The translations under genes and the position numbers were made by a program. A stretch of DNA of 64,000 nucleotides from an uncultured Chloroflexia bacterium (lineage in GTDB: Bacteria > Chloroflexota > Limnocylindria > Limnocylindrales > CSP1-4), in assembly GCA_963819655.1 (NCBI GenBank), contig CAWFXA010000002.1:384001-448000 (forward strand), read 5' to 3'. The notes beneath the pieces are model-generated. The model was given only the letters and a program-made list of their open reading frames with translations, had not been told where the DNA came from and ran no database searches. Positions 30,049 to 39,887 of the stretch are shown here, piece by piece. How positions within the stretch are numbered: the first letter of the stretch is position 1; each line of letters opens with the position of its first letter.

Positions 30049-30489
30049 CTAGCGTCGCCGGCGGCGCTGGCGACGGGGACCGACCCGCCGACGGATGGTC
30101 GCCTCGGGGTCGGCGAACTTCTGCTTCGTGAAGTAGCGCTGGCGGGCCAGCCGCTGCTCGTGCGCGCGCAGGATCGGCGGGAAGCGCCCGAAGCGGATCC
30201 AGACGAGGGTCGCGAGGCCGCTGATCTCGGTCGCCAGCACGAGGATGAAGTCGAACTGGAAGACGGCCTCGATCAGGAGGAGGCTGAAGGTGATCAGCCC
30301 CGTCCACCACAGCCACTCCCACAGATCGACGAAGGGCGGGTGCCGGTGGAGCGCCTTCGTGCGCACGTTGTACAGCACGATGAGGACGATCAGCAGGACC
30401 AGGGCGGCGATCCAGGTCGGGTAGAAGAGGTCCGCGAAGTTGCCGCTATTGAACGACAGGAACAGGTAGTCCCAGGGCGCCAGGGTCAC
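30049..30489 (-). CDS. Hypothetical membrane protein (3 TM, basic C-tail)
   Basis: Hydrophobic helices, GGGAGG RBS, Arg-rich tail. Confidence 0.7.
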   Translation of the reverse strand: MTLAPWDYLFLSFNSGNFADLFYPTWIAALVLLIVLIVLYNVRTKALHRHPPFVDLWEWLWWTGLITFSLLLIEAVFQFDFILVLATEISGLATLVWIRFGRFPPILRAHEQRLARQRYFTKQKFADPEATIRRRVGPRRQRRRRR

Positions 30490-30530
30490 AGGTGCCTCCC
30501 TGTGGGCGGGCAGGTCGGTTGGTCGCTTGG

Positions 30531-30565
30531 GGCCGAGTATGCCACGACGGACGCTATACTCGGCC
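30531..30565. promoter_or_regulatory. 10-bp inverted repeat carrying divergent -10 boxes
   Basis: GGCCGAGTAT-N15-ATACTCGGCC; TATACT on + and CATACT on -. Confidence 0.5.
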
Positions 30566-30614
30566 GCAGCGGTCCGCCCCCGTCGGACGCGCGTGGGGAG
30601 GAGGAACGCCCGGG

Positions 30615-32162
30615 GTGCGTGCCCTGCTGTCAGTCGCGAACCGGGAGGGTATCGCGACGCTCGCCCGCGAGCTCCATGCCCTCGACGTGGAGATGTTCGC
30701 CACCGACGGCACGCGCGAGTTCCTCGCCGGCGAGGGCATCGACGTCGCCTCGGTCACCGACCTGACCGATGGCCAGCCGACGATCGGCGGGCAGGTCAAG
30801 ACATTCCACCATGCGGTCTACGCGGGGATCCTGGCACGTCGCGACGTCGACGAGCAGATGGCCGATCTCAAGACCCAGAACATCGCCCCGATCGACCTCG
30901 TGGTCGTCAACGTCAAGCCCTTCGCGCCGACCGTCGGGGCCAAGCTCGTCGGGCTCGATGAGGCGATCGAGATGATCGACGTCGGCGGCGCAGCGCTGCT
31001 CGGGGCGGCGGCCCGGAACTCGGCCGGCGTGGCCGCCGCGTCCGACCCGTCGCACTACGAACTGATCGTCGCCGAGCTCAAGGAGCTCGGACAGGTCAGT
31101 GCCGAGACGCGGGCGCGGCTGGCGGCCGAGGCGTTCAGCACGGTCGCCGCGTATCACGCCGAGATCGCGGCGTACCTCAACCAGATCTCGGGGAACACCT
31201 TCCCGCGCCGTCTTGCCCTGGTGCTCGAGAAGGTCGACGACCTGCGCTACGGCGAGAACCCGCACCAACGCGCGGCGTTCTATCGCGAGACCACCCACCG
31301 CAGCGCGACGCTGGCGGATGCCACGCAGCTGCAGGGCGGTCGACCGTCGTTCAACAACCTTCTCGACCTCGATGCGGCGTACCGGATCGCCCGTGACTAC
31401 ACAGCGCCGACCGTGACGATCGTGAAGCACACCGACCCCGTCGGGCTGGCGTCGCACGACGAGCTCGTCGAGGCGTATCGGCACGCCCTGGAGACCGACC
31501 CTGTTGCGTCGTTCGGCGGCATCGTCGGCGTGAACCGGGAGCTCGATGGCGCGACGGCGCGTGAGATCGCGGCGAACTCGTATGAGGCCGTCGTGGCGCC
31601 GGGCTTCAGCCAGGCGGCGCTCGGCATCCTCAAGGCCAAGGCCGGTCTGGAACTGCTGGCCGTGCCGCCCGACCCGACCGACGGGATGCGCGACTACGGC
31701 ATCGCCAGTCTCGACTTCAAGCGGGTGGCGGGTGGGCTGCTCGTCGAGGACCTCGACGACCTCGGCCTCGATCGCGGGCAGCTCCAGGTCGTGACCCGCC
31801 GCAGGCCGACCCTCGAGGAGCTCACCGACCTTCTGTTCGCGTGGCGGGCGGTCCGCCACGTCCGCTCGAACGCGATCGTGCTGGCACGCAACGGGTCCAC
31901 GGTCGGGATCGGCGCCGGTCAGGCGTCGCGCCAGGTGTCGGTCGAGATCGCGGTTCGGCGGGCGGGCGACCGCGCCAAGACCGCGGTCATGGCCGCGGAC
32001 GCGTATTTCCCGTTCCCCGACGGGATCCAGGCGGCCGCGACGGCGGGCATCACGGCCATCATCCAGCCCGGCGGCTCGATCCGCGACGAGATGGCGATCG
32101 AAGTCGCCGACCGACACCACCTAGCGATGGTCTTTACGGGGCGGAGGCACTTTCGACATTGA
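30615..32162 (+). CDS. purH: Bifunctional AICAR transformylase/IMP cyclohydrolase (divergent)
   Basis: RALLSV, IDVGG, LRYGENPHQ, SFNNLLD, IIQPGGSIRD, RHFRH; GAGGAGG RBS. Confidence 0.93.
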   Translation: MRALLSVANREGIATLARELHALDVEMFATDGTREFLAGEGIDVASVTDLTDGQPTIGGQVKTFHHAVYAGILARRDVDEQMADLKTQNIAPIDLVVVNVKPFAPTVGAKLVGLDEAIEMIDVGGAALLGAAARNSAGVAAASDPSHYELIVAELKELGQVSAETRARLAAEAFSTVAAYHAEIAAYLNQISGNTFPRRLALVLEKVDDLRYGENPHQRAAFYRETTHRSATLADATQLQGGRPSFNNLLDLDAAYRIARDYTAPTVTIVKHTDPVGLASHDELVEAYRHALETDPVASFGGIVGVNRELDGATAREIAANSYEAVVAPGFSQAALGILKAKAGLELLAVPPDPTDGMRDYGIASLDFKRVAGGLLVEDLDDLGLDRGQLQVVTRRRPTLEELTDLLFAWRAVRHVRSNAIVLARNGSTVGIGAGQASRQVSVEIAVRRAGDRAKTAVMAADAYFPFPDGIQAAATAGITAIIQPGGSIRDEMAIEVADRHHLAMVFTGRRHFRH

Positions 32163-32167
32163 GCGGA

Positions 32168-32277
32168 CGGCTGATGCTGGACCGACGCGTCGTTGCGCCC
32201 TCCGCCCCTCGCTCACGCACGTCTGAGTGCGCTCGCTCAGGTACTCGGGCGCGCCTAGCCTCGGTCCGCCTGAGCCG
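32168..32277 (+). repeat. Structured intergenic hairpin repeat, copy 2
   Basis: CCGACGCGTCGTTGCGCCC...TCGCTCACGCAC-N6-GTGCGCTCGCTC...GGGCGCGCCTAGCCTCGG. Confidence 0.75.
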
Positions 32278-32361
32278 CCCTGGCTGGGGCCGCGATACGG
32301 TCCGGGCGCGGCGTTGGGCGCTGCGCGCGAACCGCCTTGCGACCCCTGACAATTCGGGCTG

Positions 32362-33345
32362 ATGGAGCAACTTCTCGCGCTCGAGATGGTGCGCGTCACG
32401 GAGGCCGCGGCGATCGAATCGGCGCGGTTCATGGGACGGGGCGCCAAGGACGAGGCGGACGCCGCGGCCACGACCGCGATGCGCAAGACCATGGACGAGA
32501 TCGAGTTCGCCGGCCGCATCGTCATCGGCGAGGGCGAGCGCGACGAGGCGCCGATGCTGTACATCGGGGAGCGGGTCGGCAAGACGGGCGCGGACCGTGC
32601 CGAAGTCCCGGCCATCGACATCGCGGTCGATCCCCTCGAGGGCACGAACCTCGTCGCGCACGGCCAGGCCGGCGCGATCACCGTGCTCTGCGCCAGTGAA
32701 GCCGGCGGGCTCACCAACGCGCCCGACACGTACATGGACAAGCTGTGTGTCGGCCCGGTCGTCGCCGGCAAGGTCGATATCCGTGTCAGCCCGACAGAGA
32801 ACCTCGGGCGCATCGCCGAGGCGCTCGGCCGCAAGGTGTCGGACATCACGGTCGTCATCCTCGAGCGTCCGCGCCACGATGACCTCATCGCGGAAGTCCG
32901 CGCCGCCGGCGCCCGGATCAAGCTCATCGGCGACGGCGACCTGTCCGCGGCGATCTCGTGTGCCGTGTCCGGCACGGGCGTCCACGCGGTGATGGGTATC
33001 GGTGGTGCGCCCGAAGGCGTCATCACCGCAGGCGCGCTGCGCTGCCTCGGCGGCGAGATCCAGGCGCGCTTCCGCTACCGGTCGCCCGAGGAGCGCCAGC
33101 GCGGCGCGGCGATGGGACACGGCGATGAGGACCGGGTCTACCACACGGAGGACCTCGCGCCGGGCGAGAACCTCGTGTTCGCAGCCACCGGCGTGACCAC
33201 CGGCGACCTTCTCCAGGGGGTCCGGTTCTTCGGCGGTGGGGCGCGCACCCACTCGCTGGTCATGGCGTACCAGGCCAAACAGGTCCGGTTCGTCGATACC
33301 GTCCACATGTTCGATCGCGACAGCCCGCCCCGGGTCCGACTCTGA
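32362..33345 (+). CDS. glpX: Class II fructose-1,6-bisphosphatase GlpX
   Basis: [39 protein letters not shown]. Confidence 0.97.
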   Translation: MEQLLALEMVRVTEAAAIESARFMGRGAKDEADAAATTAMRKTMDEIEFAGRIVIGEGERDEAPMLYIGERVGKTGADRAEVPAIDIAVDPLEGTNLVAHGQAGAITVLCASEAGGLTNAPDTYMDKLCVGPVVAGKVDIRVSPTENLGRIAEALGRKVSDITVVILERPRHDDLIAEVRAAGARIKLIGDGDLSAAISCAVSGTGVHAVMGIGGAPEGVITAGALRCLGGEIQARFRYRSPEERQRGAAMGHGDEDRVYHTEDLAPGENLVFAATGVTTGDLLQGVRFFGGGARTHSLVMAYQAKQVRFVDTVHMFDRDSPPRVRL

Positions 33346-34382
33346 CGGCCGCGCCTCCAGCGAGGCTCGGCCTCGTCCTCGGTCTGCTCGCGTGCGTCGT
33401 CGTCGCCGGGCTGGCTCGGTGGATCGGCGGCGCCCTCCAGCTCGGGCTCGAGACCGCCATCGCGCTGGCGCTGGGCCTCCTCCTGGGGGCGTCCGCCGGG
33501 ATCCGGGCCCGGCTGCTGCCTGGCGCCACGCTTGCAGCGCGCTTCGCGCTCCGCATCGGGATCACCCTGCTCGGGGCCCGACTCACACTCGGCCAGCTCC
33601 TGGCGACGGGCGCCGGGAGCGTCGTCGCGATCGCCCTGACCGTCACGGCAGCCCTGCTGCTTGGGACTTGGCTGGCGCGGCGGCTTGGCATCGTCCCGCC
33701 GCTGTCCGCGCTGATCACGGTCGGCATGGCCATCTGCGGCAACTCCGCGATCCTCGCGCTGTCGCCGATCATCGGCGCGCGCCACCGGGAGACCGCGTAC
33801 GCCGTGTCTGCGATCACGCTCTTCGGGCTGATGGGTGTGCTGGCGCTGCCGGTGCTCGGGCGGCTGATGGGGCTCGGCGACGCGGCCTTCGGGATGTGGG
33901 CGGGCCTGGCGGTCAACGACACCGCCCAGGTCGTCGCGACGGGCTACGCCTACTCGGCGCCGGCCGGGGACGTCGCCACGGTCGTCAAGCTGACGCGCAA
34001 CCTGGCCATCCTGCCCGTGCTGCTCGGGGCGACGTGGTGGGCGGCCCGTTCCCTCGATCGGCCCGGCGAGGCGTCTGAGCCGACATCGACGCCCGCCATG
34101 GTCGCGCGCGCCGTCCCATGGTTCGTCGTCGGCTTCGTGGTCTTCGCGGCGTTGCGCTCGGCGGGCCTTCTGGACGCTGCGCTGCCGACCGGCGGCACAC
34201 TCGCCGACCTGTGCTCGACGCTCGCGGCGCTGCTGATCCTCGTCGCCCTCGCCGGGGTGGGTCTGGCGACCGATGTCCGGGCGATGCTCGGGGTCGGGGC
34301 GCGTCCGTTCGTGCTCGGCGCCTCGATCTGGATCGCTATCGGCCTGCTCGGGCTGGGCGTCGCACGGGTCTACCATGGCTAG
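33342..34382 (+). CDS. YeiH/PSE family putative sulfate exporter (probable CTG start)
   Basis: [37 protein letters not shown]; hydrophobic frame extends back to CTGA overlapping the glpX stop. Confidence 0.8.
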   Translation: MTAAPPARLGLVLGLLACVVVAGLARWIGGALQLGLETAIALALGLLLGASAGIRARLLPGATLAARFALRIGITLLGARLTLGQLLATGAGSVVAIALTVTAALLLGTWLARRLGIVPPLSALITVGMAICGNSAILALSPIIGARHRETAYAVSAITLFGLMGVLALPVLGRLMGLGDAAFGMWAGLAVNDTAQVVATGYAYSAPAGDVATVVKLTRNLAILPVLLGATWWAARSLDRPGEASEPTSTPAMVARAVPWFVVGFVVFAALRSAGLLDAALPTGGTLADLCSTLAALLILVALAGVGLATDVRAMLGVGARPFVLGASIWIAIGLLGLGVARVYHG

Positions 34383-34386
34383 GCCC

Positions 34387-35793
34387 ATGGACGTGGAGTT
34401 GGTCCTGACCCCCGGGCTCGGCAACGGCGCGTTCCTGATCGCAGCCGGGCGGGACGCCGTCGTGGTCGATCCGCCGCGCGATGCCTGGCGCGTGATGGCC
34501 GCGGCGGAGGCGCGCGGCTGGCATGTCACGCATGTGCTCGAGACGCACGTCCACAACGACTACCTGTCGGGCGCGCTCGAGCTGCGCTCGGCCGTCGGGG
34601 CGGAGATCCTCGCCCCGGCGCGCGGCCGGTACGCGTTCGCCCATCGACCGATGGACGATACCGACGCACTCGAGATCGATGGGCTCCGGCTGACGGCCCG
34701 GGCCACGCCCGGTCATACACCGGAGCACCTCGCCTGGGAGGTGTGGACCGACGGCGACACGGGACCGGCCGCCATCGCCACTGGCGGCAGCCTGCTCGTC
34801 GGGAGCGCGGGAAGGACCGACCTGCTCGGCGCGGACCAGACGGACGACCTGACCCGGGCGCAGTTCCACTCGCTCCGCGCCCTCGCGATGCTGCCGGACG
34901 ACGTGGCGGTCCTGCCGACCCATGGCGCGGGCAGCTTCTGCTCGGTCGGGCCGGCCGATGCGGCACGCATGACGACGATCGGACGGGAACGCCGGTCAAA
35001 CCCGCTGCTGCGGCTCGCCGACGAGACCGCCTTCCGGGCCGCGCTGCTGGACGGCCTCGGGCCGTATCCCAGGTACTACGCCGAGATGGGGCCGGTCAAT
35101 CGCGCCGGGCCAACCGTGGTCGGCCGGCTCGCGCAGCCCCCCGAGATCGGACCCGATGCGGTCAGGACCGCGGTCGCCGGCGGGGCGCACATCGTCGATG
35201 GCCGATCGCGCGAGGCGTTCGCAGCCGGTCACATCGGGGGCTCGCTGAACATCGAGCTGGCCGACTCGTTCGCGTCGTACGTGGGGTGGTTCGTGCCGTT
35301 CGGCGCGGCGGTGGTGCTCATCCTCCCGGACCCGTTCGAGGACGCGCTGGTTGAGGCGACCACCCAGCTGTTCCGGATCGGTTACGACCGGATCGTCGGC
35401 GTGTTGGCCGGTGGCGTCGAGGCCTGGGGCGATGCCGGCGGGACCTTGGCCTCATATCCGGTGGTGTCAGCGGCGGCAGCGGCAGACGAGCTCGCGAACG
35501 GGGCGCGGCCCAATCTGCTCGACGTCCGCTACCCGCACGAGTGGCGCGACGACGGCGTTGTCCCGGGCTCGCTCGAGCTGTCGATCGGCGACCTCGCGGA
35601 TCGGCTCGACACGTTGCCGCGCGACCGGCCGATCACCGTCATGTGCAAGAGCGGCTCGCGGGCGTCGATCGCGGCCAGCATGCTCGACGCCGCCGGTTTC
35701 GATGTCCGCCTGGTCTCCGTCGGTGGCGCCCCGGACATTTTGGCGTCGCTCGGTGCGGCCGGACACGGGGCGGCGCCCACGCCGACGCGATGA
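34387..35793 (+). CDS. MBL-fold persulfide dioxygenase with two rhodanese domains (CstB-like)
   Basis: ETHVHNDY, TPGHTPEH, PTHGAGSFC, C-terminal CKSGSR rhodanese loop; start 34375 or 34387. Confidence 0.88.
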   Translation: MDVELVLTPGLGNGAFLIAAGRDAVVVDPPRDAWRVMAAAEARGWHVTHVLETHVHNDYLSGALELRSAVGAEILAPARGRYAFAHRPMDDTDALEIDGLRLTARATPGHTPEHLAWEVWTDGDTGPAAIATGGSLLVGSAGRTDLLGADQTDDLTRAQFHSLRALAMLPDDVAVLPTHGAGSFCSVGPADAARMTTIGRERRSNPLLRLADETAFRAALLDGLGPYPRYYAEMGPVNRAGPTVVGRLAQPPEIGPDAVRTAVAGGAHIVDGRSREAFAAGHIGGSLNIELADSFASYVGWFVPFGAAVVLILPDPFEDALVEATTQLFRIGYDRIVGVLAGGVEAWGDAGGTLASYPVVSAAAAADELANGARPNLLDVRYPHEWRDDGVVPGSLELSIGDLADRLDTLPRDRPITVMCKSGSRASIAASMLDAAGFDVRLVSVGGAPDILASLGAAGHGAAPTPTR

Positions 35794-37071
35794 CCACGCT
35801 CAAGACCACGCTTGGCGAAGCCAGCGCCCGGGCCCTCGACGCCGCCGATCCGTTGGCCGGCTGGCGCGAGCGATTCCACATGCCGGCGGGCGCCGGTGGG
35901 CGGCCGAAGGCGTATCTGGCGGGGATGTCGCTCGGTGCCCAACCGGTCGGGGCGCGCGAGGCGGTCGAGCGTGAGCTCGATCGCTGGGCAGAGCTTGGGG
36001 TCGACGCCTGGTTCGGTGCGCGCGAGGGCTGGCTCGATGGCCGACGGGGCCATCCGGGAGATGGCGGCCGGCGTCGTCGGTGCTCGGCCGGACGAGGTCG
36101 CAACGGCGAACACCCTGACCGTCAACCTGCATCTGCTGCTCGCGGGCTTCTATCGTCCCGAGGGACGTCGCACCGCGATCCTGATCGACGCGCCGACCTT
36201 CCCGTCCGATCGGTACGCGGTCGACTCGCACCTGCGGCACCACGGTCTCGATCCCGCCGACGAGCTCGTTATCGTCCGCCCGCGCGAGGGCGAGGCCACC
36301 CTCCGCACCGAGGACCTGGAGGGCGCGATCCACGACAACCGCGACCGGCTCGCACTTGCGTTGCTCGCGGGTGTCAACTACGCAACCGGACAGCTCCAGC
36401 CGATCGAGCGTCTGACGGCCGCCGTCCACGCCGCGGGCGCGGTCGCGCTGTGGGATCTCGCGCACGCTGCCGGGAACGTGCCCCTCGCCCTCCATGACGC
36501 CGATGTCGACGCCGCTGCCTGGTGCACCTACAAGTACCTGAACAGCGGCCCGGGTGCGCTCGGCCAGTTCTTCGTCCACGAGAGGCACGGCGAGGCCGCG
36601 TCGGCCCGTCGACTGACCGGCTGGTGGGGCAACGACGAAGCGACGCGGTTCGAGATGGCCGAGACGATCGACCCCGCACGGGGTGCCGGTGGATGGCGGA
36701 TCTCGACGCCACCGATCCTGTCGCTCGCCCCGATCGGGGTCTCGCTCGCGATGTTCGATGCGGTCGGGATGGCGGCCCTGCGGGAGCGGTCGGTGGCTTT
36801 GACCGCGTATCTCGAGGCGGCCATCGACGCCCTTGCACCCGACGCTGAGATCATCACGCCACGGGACCCCACGGCGCGCGGAGCGCAGCTGTCGGTGCGC
36901 GTCCCGGACGCGCCGGCTCGCCTGGCGGCCATCGAGGCGCTCGACGTCGTGGCGGACTTCCGCGAACCGGATATCGTCCGTCTGGCACCGGTCCCGCTGT
37001 ACTCGACCTACTACGACGCCTGGCGCGCCGCGCGAGCGCTGGCCGATACGACCCGAAGGAGCCCCGGATGA
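35790..37071 (+). CDS. kynU: Kynureninase (apparent +1 frameshift at ~36039)
   Basis: LDAADPLA..RERF, YLAGMSLG, TLTVNLHLL, FPSDRY, WDLAHAAGN, WCTYKYLNSGPG, GWWG; N- and C-parts in different frames. Confidence 0.88.
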
Positions 37072-38063
37072 CCAAGATCGGCTACGCGGCGATGATGGAG
37101 CAGTTCCACCCGACCGACCTCCTCGACTGGTGCGCCCAGGCGGAGGCGGCGGGCTTCGAGGCCGGCTTCATGGTCTCGGAGCATTTCCATCCGTGGACCC
37201 CGCAGCAGGGCCAGAGCGGCTTCGCCTGGGCGTTCATGGGCGCGCTCGGACTGCGGACGTCATTGCGGTTCGGGACGGCGGTCACGTGCCCCGGTTTCCG
37301 CTACCACCCGGCAGTCATCGCGCATGCCGCGGCCACGCTCGGCGCGATGTACCCGGGTCGCTTCTACCTCGGTCTGGGCGCCGGCGAGGCGCTCAACGAG
37401 CACGTCATCGCGCCGGTATGGCCGGAGGTGCCGATCCGTAGCGCGATGATGTTCGAGGCGATCGAGGTCATCAGCAAGCTGTTCAGCGGTGACGTCGTGC
37501 GCCACGACGGCAAGTACTTCACGCTCGAGCGGGCCAAGCTCTACACCAGGCCGCCGGACGACCAGCGCGTGCCGATCTATGTCGCCACCGCCGGGCCGAT
37601 CAACGCGAAGAAGACCGGCAAGTTCGCCGACGGACTCATCACGGTCGGTGCGGCCGACGACAAGATGAAGATGATCTGGGGCAAGTTCGAGGAGGGCCGC
37701 AGCGAAGTCGGCAAGGACGGGCCCGGCCCCAAGTTCCTCCAGCTCCACATCTCCTGGGCGCCCACCGACGACGAGGCGATGGAGAACGCCCTGGTCGAAT
37801 GGCCCAACGGCGGCATGGCGTTCTTCCCCAAGCAGGACATCAAGAACCCCGAGGACTTCGCCGGGATAGCCAAGCTGGTGCGCGCCGAGGACTTCACGAA
37901 CCGGGTGATGATCAGCGGCGACCTCGAGGAGCATTGCCGGCATATCCAGCACTACGTCGACATGGGCTACGACGAGATCCACCTCCACAACGTGGGGCGC
38001 AACCAGGCCGAGTTCATCGAGACGTTCGGGCGGGAGGTCCTACCCAACCTCAGGCTCGACTGA
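37068..38063 (+). CDS. F420-dependent LLM-class oxidoreductase (G6PDH-like family)
   Basis: EQFHP, SEHFHPW, TAVTCP..RYHPAVIA, LGLGAGEALNEH. Confidence 0.88.
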   Translation: MTKIGYAAMMEQFHPTDLLDWCAQAEAAGFEAGFMVSEHFHPWTPQQGQSGFAWAFMGALGLRTSLRFGTAVTCPGFRYHPAVIAHAAATLGAMYPGRFYLGLGAGEALNEHVIAPVWPEVPIRSAMMFEAIEVISKLFSGDVVRHDGKYFTLERAKLYTRPPDDQRVPIYVATAGPINAKKTGKFADGLITVGAADDKMKMIWGKFEEGRSEVGKDGPGPKFLQLHISWAPTDDEAMENALVEWPNGGMAFFPKQDIKNPEDFAGIAKLVRAEDFTNRVMISGDLEEHCRHIQHYVDMGYDEIHLHNVGRNQAEFIETFGREVLPNLRLD

Positions 38064-38697
38064 CCCCTTCGCCTGTCACGGGCCGCCACGTTCGTCGGGC
38101 TGGGTCCCATACCCCCACGACGCGGACGCTGCCTGGCGGCTCCCGCGCGGCGGCCCGCCGGCGTGCGGTCTCCACTGTCTCCGTCCGGCCCGGCGCCACG
38201 AGGCGCGGCGCGAGGTCGGCGAGCGGGGCGAGGACGAACAGCCGCTCACCGAGGTACCGATGCGGGACCTCGAGGCGTTTGGCGGCCTTGGCCGGGTCGA
38301 CGTTCGCGTCAACGGAGCGCGCCGCCAGGGACCGCTCGACGTCGATCCGATGGCGCCCGAACACCAGCAGGTCGAGATCGAGCTCGCGGGGACCCCAGCG
38401 CCGTCGCCGGCGACGGCCGGCGGCTCGCTCGATCGTCTTGAGCCGGCCGAGGATGCCGAGGGCTGCGTCCGCGGGAGCGCGGTCGTCGTAGCGGATGTCG
38501 GCTGCGACGGTGGCGTTGCGGAACTCTGGCTGGTCCGTCACGCCCCAGGGCACGGTGGCGTAGAGCCGCGAGACCCCGGCGACTCGCACGCCGGGCAGAT
38601 CCGCGATCGCCTCGACCGCCGACGCCAGGGTTCGGGCCGGATCGCCGACGTTTGATCCGAGGCCGATATAGGCACGGGCCGTTCGGCGGGCTGTCAT
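38050..38697 (-). CDS. folK: 2-amino-4-hydroxy-6-hydroxymethyldihydropteridine diphosphokinase
   Basis: AYIGLGSNVGD, QPEFRN, RWGPRELDLDLL, LEVPH..L.ERLFVLAPLADL. Confidence 0.93.
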   Translation of the reverse strand: MTARRTARAYIGLGSNVGDPARTLASAVEAIADLPGVRVAGVSRLYATVPWGVTDQPEFRNATVAADIRYDDRAPADAALGILGRLKTIERAAGRRRRRRWGPRELDLDLLVFGRHRIDVERSLAARSVDANVDPAKAAKRLEVPHRYLGERLFVLAPLADLAPRLVAPGRTETVETARRRAAAREPPGSVRVVGVWDPARRTWRPVTGEGVSRA

Positions 38698-38720
38698 CGA
38701 CGGCACCTTACTATCCGGCC

Positions 38721-38810
38721 ATGGAGGCCGGACCGACTCCCACCTTACGCCGGCTGCGCCGCCCGACCGCCTCGCTCCGCGTCCGCGTCCCGGCTGGGGG
38801 CTCGACATGA
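38721..38810 (+). CDS. Possible 29-aa leaderless upstream ORF
   Basis: TACTAT -10 six nt before ATG; ends in ATGA overlap with the next gene. Confidence 0.3.
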   Translation: MEAGPTPTLRRLRRPTASLRVRVPAGGST

Positions 38811-39862
38811 CCGAGGTCGATGTCGCCGTCCTCCACGCGGAGCCAGATGCTGACGCGGGTCCGCTGACGCGCGCCACCGCGGCGGCTCGGCTGGACACCG
38901 CCGAGCGGCATGTACGCGGATTCCTCGAGGCCGGAGCGACTCGGGCACGGATCCACGCTGGCCCGCCTGACGGACGTCCGTTCGGGTCGCGGCTGCGCGA
39001 CGTGGTCGCGGAGCTCGGGGATGGTGGCTTGATCGTCCTCGGGTCCGGGGCCGTGCCGCTTGCGACCCCGTCGGACCGTCGCGATCTCGTCACCGCGGCG
39101 GCCGCCGACGGGCCCCGAGCCCTCACGAACAACCGCTACTCGGCGGACGTGATCGCGGTGGCGCAGGCACGCCGAGCGCTCGGGACCGTCCCGGATGTGC
39201 CGACCGACAACGCGCTCCCGCGCTGGCTCGAGGAGCACGCCGGCGTGCCCGTCGACGACCGGCGCAGACGAACCCGACTCGGGATCGACATCGACGGACC
39301 ACTCGACCTCGTCCTGCTCGGCGGTCGATGGCGGTCATGGCTCCAGGGTGCCGACACGGCCCGCGTGCGCGCGATCCTCGATGCCGTCGGATCCGTCGTC
39401 GCGGACCCCGCCGCCGAGCTCGTCGTGACGGGACGGGTGTCCGCCACGAACCTTGCCTGGCTGGAGGCACGGACCGCGTCGCGGACCCGGGCACTCATCG
39501 AGGAGCGCGGCCTGCGGACCCGCCGCGCCGACCAGCGACCGGCGGCGTCGGTGCTCGGCGCGCTGCTGGACCGCGATGGTCCCGAGTCGCTCGGCGAGAC
39601 GCTCGCGCAGCTCGCGGACGCCGCGATCGTGGACACGCGGGTATTGCTCGCACACCGGTTCGGCGCGGATGAGGCCGGTTGGCCGGTGGCGGAGGACCGG
39701 TTCGCATCAGATCTCCTCTTGACCGCGAGCATCGAGGACGCCTGGCTGCGCGCCCTCACGGCGTCCGCGGTGCATGCGCCGATCCCGGTCTTGCTCGGCG
39801 GGCACACGCTCGTGGGCCCGGGCCTGCGCTTCGCCCTCGGACGCGCGCCCGGACGCCGATGA
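38807..39862 (+). CDS. Hypothetical protein with CofC/GT-A nucleotidyltransferase-like N-domain
   Basis: FGSRL...LGSGAVPL...NNRYSAD...DIDGPLDL (CofC-like DxDxPxDL). Confidence 0.55.
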   Translation: MTEVDVAVLHAEPDADAGPLTRATAAARLDTAERHVRGFLEAGATRARIHAGPPDGRPFGSRLRDVVAELGDGGLIVLGSGAVPLATPSDRRDLVTAAAADGPRALTNNRYSADVIAVAQARRALGTVPDVPTDNALPRWLEEHAGVPVDDRRRRTRLGIDIDGPLDLVLLGGRWRSWLQGADTARVRAILDAVGSVVADPAAELVVTGRVSATNLAWLEARTASRTRALIEERGLRTRRADQRPAASVLGALLDRDGPESLGETLAQLADAAIVDTRVLLAHRFGADEAGWPVAEDRFASDLLLTASIEDAWLRALTASAVHAPIPVLLGGHTLVGPGLRFALGRAPGRR

Positions 39863-39887
39863 CGAACGCGCACGTAGCGTCGGCACC

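Noticed and set aside
30490-30614. ZTP (pfl) riboswitch upstream of purH
   Set aside because: No GACTGGCG or matching pseudoknot elements; the region is short and occupied by divergent promoters.
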